Notes: generated from the letters alone by a model not told the origin. A stretch of DNA of 64,000 bases from an uncultured Gemmatimonadales bacterium (GCA_963823035.1 CAWGKG010000014.1:256001-320000), one strand, 5' to 3'. Shown: positions 10,199-20,629, counted from the stretch's first letter. Numbers and translations are program-made.

Positions 10199-11992
10199 AT
10201 GGGTGACCTTCGTTCGATCCTCCCGTACTTCCGACCCTATCTGAAGCCCTTCTCGTGGGGGCTGGTGTTCGTGGTGTTCGCGAACGCCTTCCAGATCGCG
10301 GGCCCGTACCTGGTGAAGCTCGCGATCGACGGGCTGTCGGGTCCGGGAGTGACGGCGGCGCGCGTGGCGGGGCTGGCCGGGATGATCGTGGCGGCGGCGC
10401 TCCTCGGTGGGGCGGCGCGCTACGGGATGCGGGAGCTGCTGAACGGGGTCAGCCGGCGCATGGAGGCGGACCTGCGCAACGACTTCTTCCAGCATCTGCT
10501 CCGCCTGGACGCGTCGTTCTACGGGTCGATCCGGACGGGCGACCTGATGAGCCGCGCCACCAACGACACGTTCGCGGTGCGCATGGCGGTCGGCCCGGCC
10601 GTGATGTACACGGTGAACACGCTGGTCACCTTCGCGTTCGTGATCACCGCCATGCTGCTGCTGAGCCCGCGCCTGACGGGGCTGGCCATGATCCCCCTCG
10701 TGGTCATGCCGCCGATCGTGATCGGCTTCGGCCGTGTGATCCACCGGCGCTTCGAGGAGATCCAGGAGCAGTTCTCCACCCTGTCGACGATGGTGCAGGA
10801 GAACCTCACGGGCGTGCGCATCGTGCGCGCCTACACACAGGAGCGGGAGCAGGCGCGGCAGTTCGACGCGTTGAACGACGAGTACCGGCGCCGGAACATG
10901 GGACTCGCGATCTCGGCGGGCGCGTTCCACCCGGTGCTCGGCCTCATCGCGGGGGCGGCGATGGTGATGGTGCTCCTGCTCGGCGGCCGCGAGGTGATCG
11001 CGGACCAGATCACCGTCGGGGCCTTCGTCGCGTTCGGCTTCTACCTGATGCTCCTGGTCTGGCCGATGATCGCCGTGGGGTGGGTCGTGAACCTCTACCA
11101 ACGCGGCGCCGCGTCCATGGGGCGCCTCAACAAGATCCTCCAGGCGGAGCCGGCCGTGGCCGTCCCCGCCGAGCCGGTGTCGCTGGAGGGCATGCGGGGG
11201 CGCGTGGCGTTCCGCAACGTCTCCTTCACCTACCCGGGCACCGAGCGCGTCGTGCTGCACGACGTCACCTTCGAGGTGGAGCCCGGCCGCGTGATCGCGC
11301 TCATGGGTCCGACCGGATCGGGGAAGAGCACGCTCGTCGCCCTGCTGGCGCGGATCTACGACCCGACCTCGGGCGAGGTGCTGCTGGACGGCGTCCCGCT
11401 CACCCGCGTGGACCCGGCGGAGCTCCGCCGTCGCATCGGCATGGTGCCCCAGGACTCCTTCCTCTTCTCCGAGAGCATCGAGGCGAACATCGGACTGGGG
11501 CTCGACGACGCGGAGCCGCCCGCCTCGGAGGGTGACCCGTCGGCGGCGGTGGCCGCGGCCGCTCGCATCGCGCAGCTGCACGACCAGATCGAGGACTTCC
11601 CGCAACGCTACGGGACGATGCTGGGCGAGCGCGGCATCAACCTCTCGGGTGGGCAGAAGCAGCGTGCCGCGCTGGCGCGGGCCATCGCGCGCGACCCGCT
11701 CATCCTCGTGCTCGACGACGCCCTCTCGGCGGTGGACACGCACACCGAGGCGAAGATCCTCGAGGACCTGCGCGACGTCATGAAGGGCCGCACGTCGTTC
11801 ATCATCAGCCATCGCGCCTCGGCGGTGATGACCGCCGACGCGATCCTGGTGCTGGAGGACGGCCGCATCGTGGAGCGCGGTACGCACGCCGAGCTGGTCG
11901 CGGCCGACGGCACCTACGCGCGCCTCCTGCGGCGGCAGATGCTGGAGGAGGAGTTCGCGTCCGCAGCGGTCGTGGAGGCCGCCGGCGACTGA
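10199..11992 (+). CDS. ABC exporter, fused transmembrane + ATP-binding (MdlA/MsbA-like)
   Basis: Six-TM N-terminal half with GDLMSRATND; Walker A GPTGSGKST, LSGGQKQR, ILVLDD. Confidence 0.93.
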   Translation: MGDLRSILPYFRPYLKPFSWGLVFVVFANAFQIAGPYLVKLAIDGLSGPGVTAARVAGLAGMIVAAALLGGAARYGMRELLNGVSRRMEADLRNDFFQHLLRLDASFYGSIRTGDLMSRATNDTFAVRMAVGPAVMYTVNTLVTFAFVITAMLLLSPRLTGLAMIPLVVMPPIVIGFGRVIHRRFEEIQEQFSTLSTMVQENLTGVRIVRAYTQEREQARQFDALNDEYRRRNMGLAISAGAFHPVLGLIAGAAMVMVLLLGGREVIADQITVGAFVAFGFYLMLLVWPMIAVGWVVNLYQRGAASMGRLNKILQAEPAVAVPAEPVSLEGMRGRVAFRNVSFTYPGTERVVLHDVTFEVEPGRVIALMGPTGSGKSTLVALLARIYDPTSGEVLLDGVPLTRVDPAELRRRIGMVPQDSFLFSESIEANIGLGLDDAEPPASEGDPSAAVAAAARIAQLHDQIEDFPQRYGTMLGERGINLSGGQKQRAALARAIARDPLILVLDDALSAVDTHTEAKILEDLRDVMKGRTSFIISHRASAVMTADAILVLEDGRIVERGTHAELVAADGTYARLLRRQMLEEEFASAAVVEAAGD

Positions 11993-11999
11993 CCGGCTG

Positions 12000-12869
12000 T
12001 CAGCGCGCGATGACGAGCGCCGCGGCCAGCGCGCCGATCAGGACGAGGGGCTTCCACCACGACGTCTTCCCCACGCCCCGCCGGGGCACCCGCGTCCACA
12101 CGACCAGGACGCCGCACGCACCGCGGGCGTACTGGGGCGGGGTGGTGGCCGTGGTGTAGATCTCGACCGCTTCGACGTCGTCGGGATGGAGGATCATGTC
12201 GAGGCTGGTCCCCTCGTACGACGCCACACCGTCGATGTAGAGCTTCGGCGTGCACCCGCCGTGCAGCAGCAGGCGCGCGTCGCCGTTGCGGTCCGGGACG
12301 ACCCTGATGCCCGCGATCGTGCGGAAGAGGTCGGTGACCTGGTGGGGCCGGCGACGCTCGATGTCCTCGCGGGTGATGAACGAGCCCATGCCGAGGGCGC
12401 GTCGCCGCTCGAAGTCCTGCATGACGGCGGAGGTCCGCCGCTCGACCGTGACCACCAACGGCTCGAGGTCCATCGCCTCCGGAACGAGCGACGCCGTCAC
12501 CTCCGTGTCGACGCGCGCGTCCAGGACGAGGTCCCGCGACAGCTCGCTGTAGCCGAAGCTCCCGATGGTCAGCGTGTACGAGCCCGCGGCCAGGGGCGGG
12601 AAGACGAACGTGCCGAGGCTGTCGGACTCGACGCGGCCGGCACGCGTGCCCGTCTCGACGTCCACGAGCTCCACGAGCGCCCCGGCGATCGGCACCTCGC
12701 TGACCCGGTCGAGCACGGTACCGGCGAGGCCCGAGCTGGCGTGGCGAGGAGGCGTCTCCGGCGGGGCTTGCGCCACGATCTCGACGGCGGCCAGCCACAC
12801 GAAGAGCGTCGCGGCGCCCGCTGCGAGCGCCGGGCGAAGGATGCTCTGACGAGGGAGGGCCGTCCGCAT
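12000..12869 (-). CDS. Exported carboxypeptidase-regulatory-like + TonB-receptor plug domain protein, no barrel, C-terminal hydrophobic anchor
   Basis: Signal peptide; GTVLD..PIAGALV..G.F.....GSYTLT; FITREDIE; CTPKLYIDG; DDVEAVEIY; CGVLVVWT; C-terminus WWKPLVLIGALAAALVIAR. Confidence 0.75.
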   Translation of the reverse strand: MRTALPRQSILRPALAAGAATLFVWLAAVEIVAQAPPETPPRHASSGLAGTVLDRVSEVPIAGALVELVDVETGTRAGRVESDSLGTFVFPPLAAGSYTLTIGSFGYSELSRDLVLDARVDTEVTASLVPEAMDLEPLVVTVERRTSAVMQDFERRRALGMGSFITREDIERRRPHQVTDLFRTIAGIRVVPDRNGDARLLLHGGCTPKLYIDGVASYEGTSLDMILHPDDVEAVEIYTTATTPPQYARGACGVLVVWTRVPRRGVGKTSWWKPLVLIGALAAALVIAR

Positions 12870-13105
12870 CGGTGCCGCGACTCCGGATGTCCGACGGAGG
12901 AGTCCGCCGACCGCGGCCCCGCACCGGCGCCGCACCCGAAACGTAGGGCAGCCCCGGCGGCGGCGCCAAGTCACCCCGCCCCTTCGGGGGGGAGTGGCGT
13001 CGCCGCGCGTCGTCCACTAAGATTCTTTACTGAAGGTCCTTGAGGATCCCTTTCCCGTCTCGACGACGGCCGCTCTGGAGCCGATCCTTGACCGAGCTCG
13101 CCTCG

Positions 13106-13426
13106 ATGAAGCTGGTGCGTGGCACCGTCGACCTGATCGTATTGCGAACGCTGATGCAGGGGCAGATGCACGGCTTCGAGATCGCGCGCTGGATCCGCGA
13201 CCACAGCGGAGACGCGGTGTCCTTCGAGGACGCGGCCCTCTACCAGTCGCTGCACCGGCTCGAACGGCAGGGGCTCGTCGAGTCCTCGTGGGGGCGGTCC
13301 GAGAACAACCGGCGCGCGCGGTTCTACACGCTGACGCGAAAGGGGCGAGGGCGTCTGCAGGTCGAGACCGATGCATTCCACAGCTACGCGGCGGCGATGA
13401 AGAGCCTGCTCGAAGCGGAGAAGTGA
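13106..13426 (+). CDS. PadR family transcriptional regulator (acidobacterial type)
   Basis: GTVDLIVLRTL..MHGFEI...LYQSLHRLE..G.V.S.WG.SENNRRARFYTLT. Confidence 0.9.
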   Translation: MKLVRGTVDLIVLRTLMQGQMHGFEIARWIRDHSGDAVSFEDAALYQSLHRLERQGLVESSWGRSENNRRARFYTLTRKGRGRLQVETDAFHSYAAAMKSLLEAEK

Positions 13427-13433
13427 GGGGAGG

Positions 13434-16057
13434 ATGGGAAGACGGGAGCGGGGTACGCGCCTGACCGGGGACGCGGATCCGGCGCGTGAGGTGGACGACG
13501 AGCTCGCCTTCCACCTGGGGCAGCGTGCCGAGGAGCTGCGCGCCGAGGGGATGTCCGCCGAGGAAGCGCGACGGCGGGCCGAGGAGGAGTTCGGAGACCT
13601 GACCGAGACGCGTCGCTACTGCGAGGAGGAGGATCGTCGTCGCGTCCGCCTCAGGCGGCTGCGGGCATGGCCGCGCTCGTTCTTCGACGAGTTGCTGCTC
13701 GCTTGGCGCGCGATCGCGCGCCGACCGGGCGCGGTGGCCGCCCCGGTCGCGATCCTCGCGGCGGCCGTGGCCCTGAACACGCTCGTCTTCACGGTCGTGC
13801 GCGGCGTGCTCTTCTCCCCCTGCCCTTCGCCGACCCGGACCGTCTGGTGGCGGTGGACGAGGTGAGCGAGCAGTACGGACTGTCGCGGGTGTCCTACCCC
13901 GTGCTCGACGCCTGGCGCCGGGATGCCCGCTCCGTCGACGTCGTGGCCGCGTATCTCGAGACCGAGTTCAACCTCGTCGGTGCGAACGAGACGGTCCGGA
14001 TCGCGGGCGCGACCGTCACGGACGGGTTCTTCGACCTCCTGGACGCCCCCATGCTGCTCGGCCGGCCCCTCCCGGACGACGCCTTCCGTCCGGACGCGGC
14101 GCCGGCCGTGCTCATCTCGGAGGGGCTCTGGCGGCGCGCGTTCCACGCCGACCCGGGCGCGATCGGCCGCACCTTGCACCTCGGGGGCCTCGAGGTGCCG
14201 GTGCTCGGGGTCGTCCGCGGCGACCGTGTCTTCCCCGACGGCACGGAGGTGTGGATCCCGCTGGAGGCCACGAATCCCGGCCTGATGGAGGTCGCCGGCG
14301 CGAAGATCCTGCGCGGCCTGGCCCGGCTGCGGGTGGGATCGACGACCGAGGAGGTCGCGCGCGAGCTGGGCGCCATCTCCGCCGGCGTGACGGGGGGAGC
14401 CCCGGCAGCGTCCGCCGTAGCGATCTCCGAGCGCCTGCTGGGTGACGTGCGTACCCCCCTCCTCCTCCTTCAGGGGGCGGTACTTCTCGTGCTGCTGGCC
14501 GCCGGCGCCAACGCCGGCGGGATGCTGCTCGCGCGCAGTGTGCGAAGGCGTGGCGAGCTCGCCGTGCGTGTGTCGGTGGGGGCGGGATCCGGTCGCGTGG
14601 CGGGGGGCCTGCTCCTGGAGGGCGCGCTTCTCGGCATGGGCGCCGGACTGATCGGGCTGGTCGCCGCGGCGGTGCTGCTGAGGCCGGCGCTGGCCCTCGT
14701 TCCCGACGACCTTCCGCACGCGGCCGCGATCGGCCTCGATCCGACGATGGGGCTCCTCGCCGTCGGGGTCGCGGTGGCCACGGGGCTCGCCACGGCTCTG
14801 GCGCCGGCGCTGGTGGGATCCGGCACGCAGCCGGCCGCCCTTCTGCGCGAATCCTCGCCCGGCACCGGTGAGGCCGGATGGCTGCGCCGCCTCCTCGAGG
14901 GCTTCGTCGTGACGCAGGTGGCGCTCGCCGTCGTCCTCACCGCCGGGGCCGGGCTGCTCCTGCGCAGCTTCGTGGCGACCGTGACGGAGGACCCGGGTTT
15001 CGATCCCGGAAACGTGACGGTCGTGGACGTGGGTCTGCCCGACTACCACTATCCGGATGCCGCGGCGCGGCTCGCCTTCGCCCACGAGCTCCTGCGGCGC
15101 GCCGCCGACCTCCCCGGCGCGACCGCCGTCGCGCTCGGTCGCAACCTCCCGATCTCCGGCTCCAACATGACGTCGCCGCTCCTGACGGAGGACGGGATCC
15201 AGACGGGCTCCGTGCAGGTCGCGCTGGTGTCCGCGGGCTATTTCGACCTCATGCACATCCCTGTACGGGACGGTCGCGGCTTCCAGGACGACGACCGCGA
15301 GGGGGGCCCCGCCGTCCTCGTGGTCGATCCCGACATCGTCACCTCGGAGGGGGACACCCTGGGCGTCGGCAGCAGGGCCCACTCCTTCTACGGATCGCCC
15401 ACCGGTCCCGACGGGCCGCGCGACGTGGTCGGGGTCGTGGGCGCCGTGCGCCACGACGGGCTGCGTGCCGCGCCACCGCCCGTGGCGTACGAGCCTTTCT
15501 TCCAGAAGGGAGGCGCCGCGGGCTTCTCCCTGCTCGTGCGCTCCGACGCGCCGGCGCCGGTGGTAGCGGACGCGGCGCGAGCGCTCCTGCGCTCCCTCGA
15601 CGCGGAATTGCCGGTCGACCGCATCGGGACGATGCGCGCGCGCATCTCGCGCTCGTTGGCGGAGCCCAGGTTCTACACCCTGGTGCTCTCCATCTTCGGC
15701 GTCCTCGCGGTCGTGCTCGCGCTCGCCGGATGCCAGGCGGGGCTGGCCCACCGCGTCGCCGCCCGCCGACGGGAGATCGGGCTACGCATGGCGCTCGGAG
15801 CGAGCCAACGCGGGGTACGTCGGATGGTGCTGCGGCGGGGCCTCGCGCTCACCGGAGCCGGGGCCGTGCTCGGCCTCCTCCTGTCCGTACCCGGAACGCG
15901 CCTCCTCGACAGTCAGCTCTACGGCGTGCACGCCGGCGACCCGCTCACGTACGTGGGCCTGCTGGTCCTCCTCCTGGCCGCGGCGGCCCTGGCGTCCGAC
16001 CTGCCGGCGCGACGCGCCGCGCGCGTCGACCCGGTCGAGACGCTGCGGGACGGGTAG
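13434..16057 (+). CDS. ADOP-type duplicated MacB/FtsX ABC permease (frameshift near 13820)
   Basis: Permease-prefix EVDDELAFHL...FG; two MacB periplasmic + FtsX repeats (RRGELAVRVSVGA; RRREIGLRMALGA; PARRAARVDP). Confidence 0.88.
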
Positions 16058-16075
16058 GGCCACCCCTGGTCGGAA

Positions 16076-16220
16076 GGGGCACGGGGTGCTCCGGCGCAGG
16101 AAACTCGGCGCGTGGATTTGGTCGGCCGCGCGCCGCGTAGCGAGGCGCCCGTCACCCCGATCCCGAAACCATGAAGTCCAAGTCGCCGAGTGGTTCCGGA
16201 GCCGGAGCACCCCGTGCCCC
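16076..16220. repeat. Long intergenic foldback element, copy 2 (between convergent genes; may act as a bidirectional terminator)
   Basis: Perfect 20-bp arms GGGGCACGGGGTGCTCCGGC (16076-16095) and GCCGGAGCACCCCGTGCCCC (16201-16220); inner ACTCGGCG/CGCCGAGT; central CGCGTAGCGAGGCGCCCGTCACCCCG. Confidence 0.75.
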
Positions 16221-16241
16221 GCCCCACCGGGAAGCCTTCCC

Positions 16242-16967
16242 CTAGGTCCGGTCCAGAATGAACCCCGGCGTGAACCGCGCCAACCAGCTGCTCAGGATCG
16301 TGAACCACCCCATGAGCAGGAGGATCCCCAGGAACACCAGGAGCACCCCCGACGCCTTCTCGACGATCGGGAGGAACCTCCGGAAGCGCTTGAACACCTG
16401 GAGGAACCAGTCGAGCGCGAGCGCCGCCACCAGGAAGGGGATCGCGAGCCCCAGCGAGTACACGGTCAGCAGCCCGACACCCGCCCACATCGTGTCCTGG
16501 GAGAAGCCGTACGTGAGGATCGCGCCGAGCACCGGGCCGATGCAGGGCGTCCAGCCGGCGCCGAACGCCATGCCCACGCCCAGCGTGCCCAGGTAGCCGG
16601 CCGGCTTGTCCGCGAGGTGCATCCGCTTCTCCCGCATGAGCGGCATGAGCTTGAACACGCCCGCCATGTGCAGCCCGAGCAGGATGATGATCACCCCACC
16701 GATGCGCGCGATCCAGATCTCGTAGGCCTTGAAGAACTGGCCGAGGAACGAGGCGGACGCGCCCAGGAGGATGAAGATGAGGCTGAAGCCCGCCACGAAG
16801 AGGATCGCGTGCGTCATCGTGACGCGCCGGTCCACCCCACCCTGCAGGTCCTCGAGGCTCATCCCCGTGACGAAGGTCAGGTAGCTGGGCACCAGCGGAA
16901 GGACGCAGGGGGAGAGGAAGGAAAGGACCCCCGCGGTGAATGCGATGAGAATGCCTACGTCGTTCAA
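16242..16967 (-). CDS. ccdA: Cytochrome c biogenesis / disulfide reductase CcdA
   Basis: AFTAGVLSFLSPCVLPLVPSY and FGAGWTPCIGPVLG; probable TTG start overlapping the upstream stop. Confidence 0.9.
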   Translation of the reverse strand: MNDVGILIAFTAGVLSFLSPCVLPLVPSYLTFVTGMSLEDLQGGVDRRVTMTHAILFVAGFSLIFILLGASASFLGQFFKAYEIWIARIGGVIIILLGLHMAGVFKLMPLMREKRMHLADKPAGYLGTLGVGMAFGAGWTPCIGPVLGAILTYGFSQDTMWAGVGLLTVYSLGLAIPFLVAALALDWFLQVFKRFRRFLPIVEKASGVLLVFLGILLLMGWFTILSSWLARFTPGFILDRT

Positions 16968-18568
16968 GATGGCAGCGTCGTTCCAGGGGTGACGGGCGGG
17001 TCTTCGTCTTCTCGCGCCGCGGCGGCCGCGGCTTCCTTCTCCTCGATGTGCGCCCGCCGGGCCTGTGCCCACGCGCGGAAGCCCATCACCGCCCCGAACC
17101 AGAACGCCAGGAACGCGACGGTCCAACCGACGGCCTCCGGCAGGAGAGCCGCCAGCGCCGCGAGCACGAGCGTCGCCACGGCGAGCGTGCCGAGCACCGT
17201 CCGGTCCTCGCGACCGAGCGGCCTGTTGCCCGCGAGCGCGCCCCCGAGCACGGACCCGGCGCGCACCAGGGGCGCCATGCCGATGCGGCGACTGCCGCCG
17301 CCCTCCAACGCCCGCTCCAACCGCTCGGGGAGCGAGCCGTGGGGATCGAGCGGCTCCTTCGGCGACTCGCGCTCACCGGGGAGGTACGGCACCGCGATCC
17401 GGCCGCGGGCCGCGGGGAGCACGATCTCCCTCGACGAGGCGAGGTCGGCGAGGAAGAGCCCTTCGAGCTGCTCCGCCAGACCCCGGTCCAGAACACCGGC
17501 ATCGATCTCCCAGTTCCCGATGAGGCTGGCCGTGTTGAGGTTGCTCGAGCCCACCCGGCACCAGGTGCCGTCGACCACCGACGTCTTCGCGTGGATCATC
17601 GCGCCCTGCCACTCGAAGAGGCGCACGCCGTTCTCGAGCAGGAAGCGATAGCCGCCGCGTGAGATGCTCCCCACCAGCGGCCAGTTGTTGTGCGCCGGCA
17701 GGACGATGCGCACGTCGACGCCCTGCTGTGCGGCCGCGGCGAGCGCCTCCGTGAGCGGCCGCGGCGCCACGAAGTAGGCGTCGGTGATCCAGATGCGCGT
17801 GCGGGCCCGCACCGCGTTGAGGTGCAGCGTGCGGTACACCCTCGCCTTGCCGGGCTCGCCCTCGATGAGCCAGACGGGCGTGGGTCCGGCCGCGGGCGGA
17901 TCGGCCGTCGTCGCCGCGAGGAACGACGGCGATCCCATCTCCCCCCAGAGCCGCTCGAACGCGAGCGCGCCGGCGCGTGCGGCGGGCCCGCGGATCTCCA
18001 GGCCGGTGTCGCGCCACGGGGCGCTCGTGCGGGTGCCGGCCCACTCCTCTCCGATGCAGAAGCCTCCGACGAAGGCCACCTTTCCGTCGACGGCCACCAG
18101 CTTCCGATGGTCCCGCTGCGCCAGGCCGAGGGGATCTCCGAGGCCGAGCGCCGGGGGATTGAACGCGCGCACCTCCACGCCGGCGTCGCGCATGGGCTTC
18201 CAGAAGCGCCTGGGCGTGGCCCAGCAACCGACCCAGTCGAAGATGACGTGGACCGGCACGCCCTGACGCGCCTTGGTGATGAGCGCCTCGCGGAACGCAC
18301 GACCGACGCGGTCGTCGCGCACCACGTAGTTCTCGAAATAGACGAAGCGCTCCGCCGCGTCGATCGCCTCGATCCACGCCTCGAACGAGCTGGATCCCTC
18401 GAACTGCAGCCGGATCTGATTCCCAGCGATCGTGGGCGAACCGGTGACCCGTTCCACCTCCTGCCACGACAGGAAGCCGGCCTCGTTCGGATCCGGCGCC
18501 ACCGCGCGGTCGAAACCGGGCGGTGCGACGGGCTGGAACTCGGAGGCTGGCTCGGACACGGTCGACAT
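16964..18568 (-). CDS. Cardiolipin synthase-like phospholipase D with C-terminal transmembrane extension
   Basis: Two HKD motifs (RDHRKLVAVDG; IHAKTSVVDG), WRDT, GSSNL; two TM helices at the C-terminus. Confidence 0.9.
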   Translation of the reverse strand: MSTVSEPASEFQPVAPPGFDRAVAPDPNEAGFLSWQEVERVTGSPTIAGNQIRLQFEGSSSFEAWIEAIDAAERFVYFENYVVRDDRVGRAFREALITKARQGVPVHVIFDWVGCWATPRRFWKPMRDAGVEVRAFNPPALGLGDPLGLAQRDHRKLVAVDGKVAFVGGFCIGEEWAGTRTSAPWRDTGLEIRGPAARAGALAFERLWGEMGSPSFLAATTADPPAAGPTPVWLIEGEPGKARVYRTLHLNAVRARTRIWITDAYFVAPRPLTEALAAAAQQGVDVRIVLPAHNNWPLVGSISRGGYRFLLENGVRLFEWQGAMIHAKTSVVDGTWCRVGSSNLNTASLIGNWEIDAGVLDRGLAEQLEGLFLADLASSREIVLPAARGRIAVPYLPGERESPKEPLDPHGSLPERLERALEGGGSRRIGMAPLVRAGSVLGGALAGNRPLGREDRTVLGTLAVATLVLAALAALLPEAVGWTVAFLAFWFGAVMGFRAWAQARRAHIEEKEAAAAAAREDEDPPVTPGTTLPS

Positions 18569-18656
18569 GGGCCTGGGAAAGAGGGACGCCATCAAAGGTC
18601 GAGGGCGGCCGCCCCGCGATCAACCCGCCATGATCGTGGACGGCGTCGGCGGTGGG

Positions 18657-19589
18657 TTACTTCGCCAGCCGACCCTGGAAGCGGTAGGAGATCAGCTTGT
18701 AGACGAGCTTCGCCACCAGGAAATCCGGCGCATGCAGCCCCGGCACGGGCGCCAGCTCGACCACGTCGGCGGCGACCACGTTGCGCTCACGGTACACGCG
18801 CTTGAGGAACTTCAGGGTGCGATACCAGTCGCCGCCCCCCGGCTCGGGTGTTCCGGTGGAGGGGACGTACTTCGGGTCGAAGTAGTCGACGTCGAAGGTC
18901 AGGTAGACGTCAGGGCGGAGCGCCTCGAGGGCACGGTCCATCCAATGGTCGTCGGCCCACATCTCGTCGGCCCACACGATCGTGGACGCGTCCGAGGCGC
19001 GGTGCACGTCCATCTCCTCGTCGCTCACGGCGCGTATGCCGACGGCGACCACGTCGGCCCGGTCCAGGACCCGTGCCATCGCGCTCGCGTGCGACGCCGG
19101 CGTGCCCTCGTACTGCGGGCGCAGGTCCGCGTGCGCGTCGAGTTGCAGGACGCTCATCCGCTCGCGACGGCGGGAGGCGTGCGCCAGGATCGCGGGTGAC
19201 GATACGCTGTGCTCGCCGCCGAGCATCGTCAGGAAGCGCCCACCGCACGCGTCGAGCACCTTCCCATAGGCCTCGAGGAGCTCCTGCATGGCGACGGAGG
19301 CGCCCGCCCGCGTCAGCTCGAGCCCGGGAAGCGTGTGGATACCGAGCAGCGCGCCCGCCTCGCACCCGAGCTCCTGGTCGAAGAGCTCGATGTAGCGCGA
19401 GGCTTCCACGATGGCGCCCGGTCCGGCGCGCGTGCCTCCGCCGTAGGACGTGGTGGACTCGTACGGCACGGGAAGGATCACGGCCGCGGCGCGCTCGAAG
19501 TCGGCCGCCGCCTCGTCCAGCCCGAGGAAGGTGTGGGGAAGCTCCCACGGCAGGGCCTCGAGGCCGGGAGGAAGTCCGCGGGGTGTCAC
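18657..19589 (-). CDS. speB: Agmatinase (ureohydrolase family)
   Basis: PVPYESTTSYGGGT..GP, GGEHS, DAHAD, TFDVDYFDP, TGTPEPGG, DVVEL. Confidence 0.9.
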   Translation of the reverse strand: MTPRGLPPGLEALPWELPHTFLGLDEAAADFERAAAVILPVPYESTTSYGGGTRAGPGAIVEASRYIELFDQELGCEAGALLGIHTLPGLELTRAGASVAMQELLEAYGKVLDACGGRFLTMLGGEHSVSSPAILAHASRRRERMSVLQLDAHADLRPQYEGTPASHASAMARVLDRADVVAVGIRAVSDEEMDVHRASDASTIVWADEMWADDHWMDRALEALRPDVYLTFDVDYFDPKYVPSTGTPEPGGGDWYRTLKFLKRVYRERNVVAADVVELAPVPGLHAPDFLVAKLVYKLISYRFQGRLAK

Positions 19590-19681
19590 GGCGTCACGTG
19601 CTCCCGTCGGGCTCGGCGAAAGGGCTTCCGCCCCGCCTCGCCCCGACGCATGGGGGTTTCGTTGGTTGGGCACCGGAAGGG

Positions 19682-20182
19682 TCAAACCGTTTCGATGGGG
19701 CAGGTCAGCCCCTGGTAGGGGAGGACGGCGCCGGCCTCGCAACACGGACGACACAGTCCGTAGATCTCCAGTCGGTGGCGGGCGGGCAGGAAGCCATGCT
19801 CCACCTGCACCCGCGCCTCCACGCCCTGGATCTCCGCGCTCTGGAACTCGGTCACCTTCCCGCACTCGAGGCAGATCAGGTGCTCGTGTACGGGCTGGCG
19901 TGACAGGCGGTGCTCGTAGCGCTTGAAGCCTTCGCCGAAGTCGTGCTCCTCCACGAGCCGACTGCGCACGAGGAGGTCGAGGGTCCGGTAGATCGTGGCC
20001 TTGCCGATGCGGTCGCCGCGCTCGCGCAGCCGCCGCTCGATGTCGTCCACCGAAAGGTGCTCCGTGGAGGTGAACACGACCTCCGACACCGCTTCGCGCT
20101 GGTGCGTCACGGGAAGCCCCTGCTCCCGGAGATAGCGTCCGAAGAGCCGGATGAAGGGCCTCATCGGGGTCGCCTCGCTCAC
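19682..20182 (-). CDS. Fur family metal-dependent transcriptional regulator
   Basis: THQR..V, HLSVDDI, ATIYRTLDLL, HEHLICLECG, HRLEIYGLC..C. Confidence 0.92.
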   Translation of the reverse strand: MSEATPMRPFIRLFGRYLREQGLPVTHQREAVSEVVFTSTEHLSVDDIERRLRERGDRIGKATIYRTLDLLVRSRLVEEHDFGEGFKRYEHRLSRQPVHEHLICLECGKVTEFQSAEIQGVEARVQVEHGFLPARHRLEIYGLCRPCCEAGAVLPYQGLTCPIETV

Positions 20183-20625
20183 GTCGGCTCCCTGACCAGG
20201 AGCGCGGGGTCGAACTCGTCGACCAGGGCGCCGAACCGCTCCGGGGATCCCTCGATCTCCACCTCGCGCGGATCGCCGTACGCCTCTCCCGCGCGCCGCA
20301 CCACCCCGGCCATGACGCGAGGCAGCAGCTCGGGAGGCGCCTCGCCCTCCTCGTGGAAGGCATGCTCCAGGGTGAGGCCCTTTCCCGTCCGCTCGGCAAG
20401 GTAGGCGAGCGTGAGGAGGCGGCGGCGCTCTTCGCCCTCGAGATAGAGGCTCACGGCCACGACCCCTCGCTCGCGCCTTCCCCGGCGGATCGGCGGGAAG
20501 ATCCAGAGGCGGTCGATCCCCTCCGCGCCCAGCCGCTCCCGGGCGTGCACGAGCGACCTCGGGAGCGCCTCGGGCACCCCGGGGTCCTCCGACCGCTCCT
20601 CATCACGCGACTCCGTCAAGCGCAT
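20179..20625 (-). CDS. Conserved hypothetical protein
   Basis: 148-aa ORF tightly coupled to neighbours (4-bp overlap with the Fur gene); coding-like sequence IDRLWIFPPIRRGRRERG. Confidence 0.7.
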   Translation of the reverse strand: MRLTESRDEERSEDPGVPEALPRSLVHARERLGAEGIDRLWIFPPIRRGRRERGVVAVSLYLEGEERRRLLTLAYLAERTGKGLTLEHAFHEEGEAPPELLPRVMAGVVRRAGEAYGDPREVEIEGSPERFGALVDEFDPALLVREPT

Positions 20626-20629
20626 TCCC

